46,119 nucleotides of DNA from Octopus bimaculoides (lineage: Eukaryota): positions 114,169,827 through 114,215,945 of the forward strand of contig NC_068981.1 in NCBI RefSeq assembly GCF_001194135.2. The letters run 5' to 3'. Positions within the stretch are counted from its first letter, which is position 1. Each line of letters opens with the position of its first letter. The translations under genes and the position numbers were made by a program. The notes below the pieces were generated by a model. That model was not told the DNA's origin, searched no databases, and saw only the letters and a list, made by a program, of their open reading frames with translations. Shown one piece after another: positions 36,101 to 46,119 of this stretch.

Positions 36101-36859
36101 GTAAGTAAAAATATGTGATTGTAACAGTAAAATACAATAAAAATATAAAGAAAGTGAAAGTTTAATGATTAAAACGTAATTTCTGTGCACTGGTATTTTT
36201 ATTTGACGTCATTTGTCTGGAGACGGATTTGTTATCCCAATGGTTATGATATTTTTTTAATATTTAGAATTCTTCTTATAAAACGAACATGTCACTTACA
36301 GAGAAACAAAGTTCCATGAGTAGTATTTTCATTATAACAATGGTGAGTGTAAAAGTTAGCTTATAACTTCATGATATTGTTTTAAGGTTTTGCTTCGCAG
36401 AATCCAAACTTGAATTTTAGTCATTAGAGTTCTTGGGGTTTGTGGATATGTAAATGAATTAGTGTGTACATAAATGTAGGTGCTCATGGAAATAAACTTG
36501 CAATTATCTCGTGGTTCTGCATATCACTTTAGTACACATATGTTTGTGCTTCGTTAATGTTTATATCTGTGTGCGTATTCGTGTGTTCCATATGTAAATG
36601 TAACAGTAAAGAATATCTGAAATTTTACGAATCGGGTTGTTTTTTCTTAGCAAACCCAGCATTTCTAAGCTTTAATGTTAATCTGTTATTCAGTACATCT
36701 AAAATAATAGGTACAACTGAAAGTCAATAATCTGGATATAAGAACTATAATTTCACTATAGAAGTTGTATCTATTTTCAATCTTAGACGAGTCATTCATC
36801 CACCGAGCAGCTGATCTCTACAAAAGTATACGTATTTTGCTCTGTAACCCGTTCAACGA

Positions 36860-37430
36860 TACTTGACTTATGTGTTTACATCAGGTTCCATCATTTTTCG
36901 TTATGATTAAAGCTATAGACACACACTGTTTTTGTTGAGCCTTTAGTATGGCCGTTAGAACAATCCTTCATTTGGATTGGATTGTGAAAGATTTTTGCAA
37001 AAATGTCGTATCTCATGGGAAAGTAGTACCCTGCGAAAATTTGTGGACAGCTGCTGGTGGTATCGTCTATGTTGGTAGGCACAATCGATATTTTGTATCA
37101 CAACTTGGGGGGGTTGCATGTATCCTTGCTCTACTTGTTAATCGGGGACTTAATAATTGTATTTGTTCCAGGTTATCGAAGGCATGAGTACCATGTGCAA
37201 TGCAAACTATTGTGTCAATGTTGTTCATATTCTCAAGCTTGCAGGATATGTACCAACACACAACTTGCAGAATATGTAGCCATGTTTCTCTACCAAATTC
37301 CTGCCCAGCTGCACTTTGTTCACATGGAGCAGCTGTATACTCGGAGTATCTATTCATATATTCTTTACCTAAAGTTATGATATTAGTATTTTTTACTGTT
37401 GATTACACACATGCTGCAAGTACTGATCTG
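36860..37430 (-). mobile_element. Highly decayed RLE-type LINE fragment (CCHC knuckle region)
   Basis: Minus strand gives KYRLCL../DDTTSSCPQIFAGYYFPMRYDIFAKIFHN, which resembles SSRYYLSMKHDTVARKIWN at 17707-17898. Confidence 0.55.
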
Positions 37431-37658
37431 TAGCTAAACAGCAGCTAGTTAACTACGCTCCAGGTATTACTGACTTGTCTCTTATCATTCATACACGGAT
37501 TTCCAGACCAAGAGTTCTAACAAAAACTACAAAGTTCAAGTAGATATCCTAATTAGGCTATCGCCATAGTTTCGTTGAGTCAGAGTATCCAAGTCAACAA
37601 ACCTAAGCCTGTACGAATGACAGATTGTATATTTTATTTGTCATAATTAATTTCGCAG

Positions 37659-37786
37659 TTATGGATGTTATAATGACACCAGGGCAGATCCTGAAGCAGA
37701 ACCAAATGTGATACGTTATAAATGTAACAAAGGCTCCATGAACAAAATTGGAACTATTTGGTACACTAATGGAACATATAATGAAG
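37659..37786 (+). CDS. CLC transporter internal exon (luminal loop)
   Basis: Acceptor taatttcgcag, donor gtacgt, 128 nt, phase 2 to 1. Encodes (T)YGCYNDTRADPEAEPNVIRYKCNKGSMNKIGTIWYTNGTYNE(V), with the CLC loop end C...YNxxA. The phases fit both neighbours. Confidence 0.87.
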
Positions 37787-38319
37787 GTACGTGGTATATT
37801 GTTTCTTATGTCAAGATAAAAGCGAACCGATTCCGATAAAATTGCGAAAGAGTTAGAATATTGAAAGGAATTTAAAAAAGGTCTAAAGGTTTCATAATCA
37901 CCGGACCTTTCAAACACTTTAGGAGACATACATACATTGCAGCATAAAGTAACAATGCAAAGAAGCTCTTTGATTTTAGATAGAAGACCCCCCTCCTCAA
38001 GAAAAGATATGAACTAAACACACGTTTGCTTTACTGAAAACACAATGGGAAATTTTAATCAAGTCAACATTACAAACAAGGTGTTTAATTACCTACAACC
38101 TGCAATCTGTGGCAATAAGGAATTGTTTGGAAATTTAAAACTTGAAGATATCTAGTAAGGAAGTAGAATAAACGATAAGAAAACGGCAAAAGAAGGATTT
38201 CAGAGCCTCTAAAGACTGAAAAGCTTATCTGTCACTTGCAAGTTGTAGCTTGTATTTTTAAGCACCTATGTTGTCGCAGGCACTTTGTAGGTTCTCCCAG
38301 CGCTCGACCTTATGGAATA

Positions 38320-38452
38320 TTCTTTTCTACTCTAGGCACAAGGTCTGAAATTTTAAGGGAAGGATGAAAGGCAAAGTAAACCTCGGTGGAATTTGAACTC
38401 AGAGTGTAAAGATAGACGAAATGCCGCTAACGTTTCTGCCAGCTCGCCGCCT
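38320..38452 (-). mobile_element. tRNA-derived SINE (ggcggcgagctggcagaa family), partial
   Basis: aaggatgaaaggcaaagtaaacctcggtggaatttgaactcag...ttctgccagctcgccgcc. Confidence 0.82.
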
Positions 38453-39810
38453 TACACCTTATGGCATATTGAAAATGCGATATCAGGACAGATGGAGAGC
38501 TACATCAAAGTACTAGTAATCTTTTTCAAGTGAGTATCTTGGAGCAACGTGAATTGATGTTCCTTGCTCGAGAACACAACATATCGCCCAGTCCAAAAGT
38601 CATTGAAACGAATTCGACGGCGGCTTATATCTACATTGTTGGTTGTGCATTCACTATTCTTTGCATTTAATAACAGACTTTATCTGTAGTGTTCTCAAGG
38701 GATGATAATAATAATTTTTATACAAAAGAGCAGTAGCAGTGAGAGGAAGATCATAGATCTGGTCAGAAAGACACAAGGACTTTTGATGTCTTGATCGGTT
38801 TTACTTGATAAAAGATCTGGTCAAGACGGGGGATTAAGGCTTTGCCTTAAGATGCAAACCACTAAAATTATAAAAAAAAAGGAGCCAGAATTCCTTTCTG
38901 AAGGTATTGTAATGTTGCAGAAAACTCTTTTGTAGAACCGCCTGTGCTTTGCATAAAGTCTGAAAAGTCTTCATGCATGAAGGTGATGATGGTTATATGA
39001 ATTGTATCTGTGATACCGTAATTCAACAAAATATGTAAGGAGATCCTTCTAGTGACACTGTGAAAATACCTTGGAAATATTCACAAGTACAATTGATACT
39101 ATTTACTTAGAAATTCTGAGCTTTTCTATGATTCTTCAAGAACAAGGTTCTGCTATGACTCATTAAGGTGTTTACAAAGAGCTCAGTTCCTACACTGAGC
39201 TGTACAAAGAGACACCAAACTATTTCTGCGCCTCTCAAATAGATGGTGGGGATGATGAACTATACGAGAGAAGACAGTGTTCCTCGTCGCCCTAGAAACT
39301 CTCATTCCCCCACTCTCACGGAGCCATAATTTTTATGGTAAGAACGTACCCTATTTATCTTATTTATAATTATTTATTCTTAAAAGCATTCCTCTTCAAT
39401 TGCTTTCATGTGTACATACAGTACCATGTCCCTTTAGAAGTTGATATTTTCATGCATAAAAGTGGATGTGTTACTGTTTTGTTTTTTTCTTTCTGCAAAC
39501 CTCCATCGGTACTATTATCATCTTATAACATTCAGATCAACGCGAAAATATGTTGTTTCGATTTACGTGTTTTCATGTTACGGCAAGTTTCGGGAATGCA
39601 TTACTTCCACAAAACGAGAAATTCTTGCACATATGTATGATGATTTCATTGACATGCATCTCACATATGCTGTTTTATCTAATTCTTCATATTTAAGTCG
39701 TTTAAACTTGAAACCAAAGTTGTTCTACATTTAGTTGTAGAATTGTAGTTTATTAGTGTGAAATAAATTTATGTATGGCAAGAACAAATTCTTTCATATT
39801 TGCATTGCAG

Positions 39811-39982
39811 TTGCCACCTTATTACATCTAGCTGGAGAAGACGCAGTGAAAAATTTATTTTCAAGAAATACACATCTTAATTTCGGATTTGCTTCTTTAA
39901 CATGCGTACTGTTCCTGCATTTCTTTTTTGTTAGTTGGGCGTCAGGAACAGCTGTTGCATGTGGCATCCTCGTCCCAGCTGT
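39811..39982 (+). CDS. CLC transporter internal exon (helices L-M to start of N)
   Basis: Acceptor tttgcattgcag, donor gtaagt, 172 nt, phase 1 to 2. Encodes VATLLHLAGEDAVKNLFSRNTHLNFGFASLTCVLFLHFFFVSWASGTAVACGILVPA, comparable to the ClC-6/7 pattern ATL...ExAIxxLF...G..V.SG.FxP. Confidence 0.93.
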
Positions 39983-40398
39983 GTAAGTTGTCGTCTTTTG
40001 TCATAATATGATATTGTTATTAATATTTTGTTCTGCAGAAAATTTAAACCAATGTATTTAATCGCGTCTTCACTGACACATTGGTGGCTATCGGTAGTTT
40101 TCTGTGAGGTGTAAAGAAAGATACTTTTAACCTGTATTTTTTGCAGTTACAGTCTTGTTAGATAGCTGTATAATGGCTACCTCAATATGTTATAGTATGC
40201 AAAATTGTGGTTTAATAAGTTTGATATTTGTTAGATGTTAGATGCTAAATTCTCACAATACCAATTAATATTTGAACAATATAGCTGACAATCATGAAAT
40301 AGATTATACTAGTGTGCTGAGTTATGCTATTTAAATCTATTAATACTCTCATCTCATCTCATACCTTTATGCATGCACACATACATATGTACGTACGT

Positions 40399-40429
<31 letters not shown>

Positions 40430-40453
40430 CGCACACGCATGCACACATATGCG

Positions 40454-40518
<65 letters not shown>

Positions 40519-40535
40519 GTATATATATACACATA

Positions 40536-41360
40536 TATTTGGAAAGGAGATTTTTTCTCAAAGAGTTAAGACTGAGAAAAGAACCTTTTGAGAAAGTCAA
40601 AAGACACTAACTAACCTTTGGGAAGAGATTTCACAAACAGTATGTGGGCTTTGTCCCCATGTCTCCGACAAATAATCAAGGAAAAGCAAATAATCAACAA
40701 CCGAAGGCAACCACCAAATCTGAAGAACCTTCTAAGAAAAGCAATGTTTGCATCAAAGGAAGAAATGATGTAAGTTACCAAATGTGGAGACCCCCGGTGT
40801 GGGACATGTGATTTAATAAAACAAGGAACAGCCAAAAAATTAAAGAATGGAAAGAATTAAAGCCGAATGCAAATATGAACTGTAAAAGCAAAAACCTGAA
40901 ATATTGTATCACATGCCTACGATGCGACGAACATTATATTGGGGAAACAAAAACGAAACTAACCAACCATGTAAATGTGCAGACTTCAAATAATACATCC
41001 CGTACTCAGATGCATACCATGTAGTGGTCATCTGAACACCAGTGCACAAGGAAAATTTAGAATTTTCCCTGTTCATAAAATAAATGAAGAGAACGACCTT
41101 CTCCGGAAAGCAAAAGTAGAACATTTCATAAGATTTCTGAGTCCGAAACTAAACTGGAAATAGTCAACAACAATTTTACTGAAAACAACTTACACGTGCT
41201 TGAAAACGTTAAGAACTGAAAGCGCGTGCACATCTCTAAAAGCAAAACCCACACACGTTTTGTGAAATCTCTTCCCAAAGGTTAATGTCTTTCGACTTTT
41301 CTCAATCTTAACTCTTTTCTCAATATTAATACTTTGAGAAAAAATCTTCTCACCAAATAT
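40536..41360 (+). mobile_element. Penelope-like element 3' part (GIY-YIG) with inverted terminal arms
   Basis: IINNRRQPPNLKNLL, TKCGDPRCGTCDLI, NCKSKNLKYCITC..CDEHYIGETKTKL...CSGHL...RKAKVEHFI...PKLN. The arms 40536-40653 and 41243-41360 are imperfect reverse complements. Confidence 0.88.
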
Positions 41361-41417
41361 TATAACTGTATCAAGCAATTTCCAAAACACTCTAAATATA
41401 TATATATATATATTCTT

Positions 41418-41487
41418 TTACTTGTTTCAGACATTTGACTGCGGCCATGCTGGAGCACCGCCTTTAGTCGAGCAAATCGATTCCAGG
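41418..41487 (+). mobile_element. SINE (gcggccatgctggagcacc family), cut by a gap
   Basis: tttacttgtttcagacatttgactgcggccatgctggagcaccgcctttagtcgagcaaatcga. Confidence 0.78.
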
Positions 41488-42075
41488 NNNNNNNNNNNNN
41501 NNNNNNNNNNNNNNNNNNNNNNNNNNNNNNNNNNNNNNNNNNNNNNNNNNNNNNNNNNNNNNNNNNNNNNNNNNNNNNNNNNNNNNNNNNNNNNNNNNNN
41601 NNNNNNNNNNNNNNNNNNNNNNNNNNNNNNNNNNNNNNNNNNNNNNNNNNNNNNNNNNNNNNNNNNNNNNNNNNNNNNNNNNNNNNNNNNNNNNNNNNNN
41701 NNNNNNNNNNNNNNNNNNNNNNNNNNNNNNNNNNNNNNNNNNNNNNNNNNNNNNNNNNNNNNNNNNNNNNNNNNNNNNNNNNNNNNNNNNNNNNNNNNNN
41801 NNNNNNNNNNNNNNNNNNNNNNNNNNNNNNNNNNNNNNNNNNNNNNNNNNNNNNNNNNNNNNNNNNNNNNNNNNNNNNNNNNNNNNNNNNNNNNNNNNNN
41901 NNNNNNNNNNNNNNNNNNNNNNNNNNNNNNNNNNNNNNNNNNNNNNNNNNNNNNNNNNNNNNNNNNNNNNNNNNNNNNNNNNNNNNNNNNNNNNNNNNNN
42001 NNNNNNNNNNNNNNNNNNNNNNNTATATAAAGAAAGAGAGAGAGAGAGAAAGAAAAAAGAAAGAAAGTGACTGAT

Positions 42076-42089
<14 letters not shown>

Positions 42090-42141
<52 letters not shown>
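42090..42141. repeat. (GATA)n microsatellite
   Basis: Read directly. Confidence 0.95.
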
Positions 42142-43120
42142 TTATATTGCTTTTCATTAGGATCTGTTTTAACAGCTTCAATATGTTTTTTTTAACTCTA
42201 GCGTCCCATTATCTCATTCCAAAGTCATTAGTGAATAACTATCATTTTATTTATAGCCACTTCAACATGGCTGTCTGATCGAACGTACTGTACTGCGATC
42301 TTTTAACCCCAAGAGAATATCTCTAGCTAGTTAACGATGCAGAGCTGCGTCCAATAAATTGCAAGCAGGGGAGCGAACCCCTACCATCTTCTAGCAGACC
42401 AGTCCTGGTTTCAGGTTATTTTTGTCACTCATAAGTACTGGAAACCTCGTATGCTAGAGATGGTAGTAGCTCGCCTTTGCTTGCACTATATATATATATT
42501 TCAAGCGAACACATAGTCGCTGATTTTGCAACAAGCAACATGCAACATGCAATAGAGTCTGTTCGAACGGATAGCCATGCTGAAGTGATTAAGGATATTA
42601 TTTGTCATCACAACTACTGCGTTGATCTCTTAGAGAGATTTTAGAACTATCATTTTTTTCTCTGCTTTATTTATTTTCCCCCAAACCATGTTGTGAAGAT
42701 GTGGCCGCTGCTTCTTTCATGTTCTTAAAGTTTCAACTTGCGATGCATAATGCTAGGATGTCGTCAATGATTTTAACTTGCAATTCTTGCTAAACATTTC
42801 TGATGACTTTCGTTGCATCACATCACCTTGTTGTTGTTCATGAGTGATTTAGTGTCTTCACCTGCAAATTTAAGTCAACCTGCAACTTCATTATATGTAT
42901 AATACTTAAAAAATATGAAGGACGTGAATCGACATCAGCTTCACCAATTTTCGGAGAATAAAGTAACTTACACCATGATGGATTGTAACTTCTCATGAAG
43001 ATAATTAAGATATCAGAACTACAGAGTAAATGCACTCTGTAAGACTGAATGTTCTTTTTAATACATGCAAGGAATAAGAACATTAGAAATAAAATAGGGA
43101 TTTAAAATATCATGACGTTT

Positions 43121-43213
43121 CAAAGAAAAGATGTTTAACATAACGGTTCGGCAAAGAAAAGATGTTTAACATAGCGGTTCGGCAAAGAAAAGATGTTTAA
43201 TCTAGCGGTTCGG
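43121..43213. repeat. Three tandem 31-bp units at the SINE junction
   Basis: Three copies of caaagaaaagatgtttaa(ca/tc)ta(a/g)cggttcgg. Confidence 0.9.
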
Positions 43214-43335
43214 CCAAAGGGACCGATAGAATAAGTACTAAGCTTCCAAAGAATAAGTCCTGGGGTCGATTTGCTCGACTAAAAGGCGGTGCTCCAGCAT
43301 GGCCGCAGGCAAATGACTGAAACAAGTAAAGGAGT
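43200..43335 (-). mobile_element. SINE (gcggccatgctggagcacc family), truncated
   Basis: gaccgatagaataagtactaagctt..aagaataagtcctggggtcgatttgctcgactaaaggcggtgctccagcatggccgcag. Confidence 0.82.
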
Positions 43336-44159
43336 AAAAGAGTATAAACTGACTAGAGCAGGTCCCTGCATTAACAATTATAGCAGGTAATGAGAGAGTT
43401 CAATTTGACCGTAATGTACACATATTAGTGAAATTCTGTTAAAAAATACGTTTCATTTGAATAAAAAGTATACTGAAGTCACTTCGTTCCCCTTTCAAAA
43501 CCACTGTTGACACGTACCAATGACACGTCCTTCAATAATTTACCATAAATAAGTACGCAACCTCGGAGATAGCATGAATATGAGAATTTCCGACCCATTC
43601 ACTTACCGCAACATTTTCAAACGTACTGTCGTCTATTATCACGGCACACTAACAGAAAAGAGCTTCACTGGTAAAATAATATATACGGATTATAACCTTA
43701 AATAAATAACAGAAACAGAAAGAGAGACGTAATTTTCCTCAAACGTTCTTATAGTATAAGTGTAATCACCGACGTAGATAGGAAATTCATGTCTGTTAAG
43801 TAACAATTTCCCGTCACTCATAAATATGACAAGCTCTTGAAAAGGAGAAACGTTAACATTAGTTGTGGTTCTTTGGATAGCATTGCTTTCAAGTTTTTAG
43901 ATTATAGTTTAAGAGATAAGCCAAGTCATTTACCTTCCAGTGTATAAACTATAACTGCAGAAGCTTCGAGAATTGCTCATTTAAAGGACCAATTTCTCTA
44001 TGGTTGTAGTAAGCAAAGAGTATTAAACAGATGGTATTTGAAGAAATTGCACGAGAGTGAAAGCAGCTTCTTTAAGAATAAGGTGCCACCAGTTCACACA
44101 GTCATTTAGTTGAAGAGATAGAATTACTACCACCCCTTTATTGTATGTCAGGACATTAT

Positions 44160-46000
44160 TGGGGAATCATATATACATATCTACATACATGGTAGCTTTT
44201 GCTGCCTGATGAATACGAGAAGTGATTTCCGCATCTAAGTTGCCATCAACATGTACCATGGTACCCAGGTATTCAAAAGAAATTACCACTTTAAAGACAG
44301 TACCCTTAACCAGTATCTGAGGTGCGTTGAATTTTTTTTCCAAAGGGCAGCTTAATGCATTACAACAGTTTTTTTTTATATTCAAATTAATTATGTGACC
44401 AAATATGTCACTTGAACAATCAAACGTACTAATTAGGTTCCGTGTGTGATTTACGAGGTCACAGCTGCCCGTGTATAAGAGACCACGAGGCAGAGGGGTA
44501 AAGGCCTTGGATTTGGAGTTCATTTTTGTCACATTTAACACACTACCCGAAGAACGATATCATATTTAGATATCACCTGTTGAAGTTGCAAATGCATTTG
44601 AAAGCATAGCAGCAAAATATATGGAGAAGTGTCTCGGTGCTTCGAGATTACCTTGCTTTACTCCATTTTCAACTAGAAATGATTCCAATAAAGGTCCACC
44701 ATAGTTAACCCAAACCGTTATGTCCCTATGGAAAGCCTTGATTATATTCACACTTCTCAGGATAGCTAAATTTCTTCAGCAGCAGCCACAGGGCCTTCCT
44801 ATTAACTGTTTCAAACTTTTTGTTAAGATCCACAAAACAATGGTACAAGCCCATGCTTTGACAATTGCATTTATCTTGTAGCTACCAGATAATAAATATC
44901 ATACCATCTGTCCCTCTAGAAGTGCGATAGCCACATTGTGACTTCGATACATCTCTCGAGACAATGAATTTATAAAGGTGCCTTAAGAGAACACGAGAAA
45001 GCACCTTTCCAACAACTGACAACCAATGTATTTTAATACATTTCCACATAGTGATTTGGGACCAAATTTATATCAAGAAATGAGGATAGCGTCAACCCAG
45101 TCTTGAGGCAACCACTCTTTTCTCCAGTTGTATACAAGTTAGAAATGAAGTAATTAGGTAATTCTTTCCCCACGAAACTTCAACATTTCCAAGCTAATGT
45201 CATGAATGCCCGGAGCTTTATTATTATTATTGAGCTATTTTGCAGCTGCTGGAATAGACATTTCATTCACAACAGGAAGGTCTACTATTTCATCAATTAT
45301 TCTTGTTTACATTTGATCATGTGTTGAGAAGATCAGAATAGCACTGTACTCATAATTTTTGTATGAATGTGACATCAGAAAAGACCAGTTAGTTAGCAAC
45401 TGGAGCTATAGACGCTGATGCAGGGCCAAAATCCTATTTTACAAAAGGAAAGAAGTGTTTTGTATGTTTATGCTTGCGCGTCTTTGCCTTTTGGTGTCAC
45501 CGCTTATCTTGCATTTTCGGAAATTAAACTGAATCTTTGATTTGATGGGTTTATATTTCATGTCTTGGTGAGAATTATTTGACGCAAAATTTTTTGGTTG
45601 GTTCTTGCATTTCGTGAAGAAGATTAGGAATTACTCAGTCATTGTCAATGAACTAGTTTGCTACATTTTTTTAATTTGTAGCACAGAGTAGAAGATGCTG
45701 CATTATAGACTTTTAATTTGAAATTCTCCCATGGATTTTCTCGTTGAAGTGAGACACCTCTTATTACATCACGAAAACTTTGCAATAAGGTTTGCTTTGT
45801 TAATTCCTTTTGGTACGCTAAATCCTTCCTTTCTAGTTTTTGGCTGGATTCAAAAATTAAACTTCTCTCCCACTAGCGTATGATCCGTCCAGCATACCTC
45901 TCCTCTGAAAGCTCGGATATTGTGGATATCTTTCAAAACTGATTTGCGTACCAAGTCTTAGCAATAAGATGCCAATGTTTATATGCACTACTATTAGTAG
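44160..46000 (-). mobile_element. RTE-clade LINE remnant (APE C-terminus and RT)
   Basis: IIKAFHRDITVWVNYGGPLLESFLVENGVKQGNLEAP..FSIYFAAML (44566-44751); FEYLGTMVHVDGNLDAEITSRIHQAAKA (44167-44541); an LVRKSVLKDIHNIRAFRG..CWTDH-type APE end near 45870-45960. Confidence 0.85.
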
Positions 46001-46077
46001 TATGAAGCAGTTATAGTAATATTAGCCTCTCATTAGACGGAGTACTCTTCTTGTTGATTTTTACATAAATTAAATTC

Positions 46078-46119
<42 letters not shown>

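Noticed and set aside
36948-37433. Hydrophobic + strand ORFs considered as the missing CLC exon
   Set aside because: No fitting splice phases or CLC similarity. The minus strand matches a decayed RLE LINE, and 36015-36100 fills the gap in the gene model exactly.
43121-43213. Regularly spaced ~31-bp repeats as a CRISPR-like array
   Set aside because: The units are head-to-tail with no unique spacers, there are no cas genes, and the context is eukaryotic. No CRISPR array exists anywhere in the window.
40000-46119. Search for the next CLC exon (expected to begin xIGxxxGR after phase 2)
   Set aside because: No supported candidate was found; it is probably beyond the window or in the 41488-42023 gap.

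Overview
This is AT-rich, repeat-dense animal genomic DNA from a gappy draft assembly with about 11 N-runs. It is most likely a coleoid cephalopod (Octopus-like), inferred from the tRNA-derived SINE families and the very high microsatellite load, not from a database search. The only host gene I can support is on the + strand: five consecutive, phase-compatible coding exons (27043-27286, 33505-33699, 36015-36100, 37659-37786, 39811-39982) of a CLC-family Cl- transporter of the ClC-6/7-like ('chloride channel protein C-like') branch. The spliced reading is [34 protein letters not shown]...YVLFH|IATGININLLLFIPTIIIGIIGGILGAFF...EPIICM|VIISTVYMYVPDSFGCTHFTCLTKDGNT|TYGCYND...YTNGTYNE|VATLLHLAGEDAVKNLFSRNTH...SGTAVACGILVPA. 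I did not find the exons before or after these; they lie outside the window or in gaps, so the rest of the window is probably intronic. That sequence is a mosaic of decayed mobile elements: RLE-type (R4/Dong-like) LINEs, RTE LINEs, a Tx1/L1-like 5' half, a CR1/Jockey-like 3' end, Penelope-like elements, a Gypsy pol remnant, Tc1/mariner remnants, non-autonomous Helitrons, SINEs and microsatellites. The most interesting observations are: (i) an RLE LINE family whose junctions fall in (TATG)n arrays, next to a related family embedded in (ATT)n; (ii) a 215-bp inverted repeat carrying two minimal hammerhead-ribozyme motifs; (iii) a CLC splice acceptor whose pyrimidine tract is an (ATT)n microsatellite, on an exon flanked by inverted SINEs. 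There is no evidence of a prokaryote-type system such as CRISPR or an operon. TE boundaries are approximate and were read by eye.
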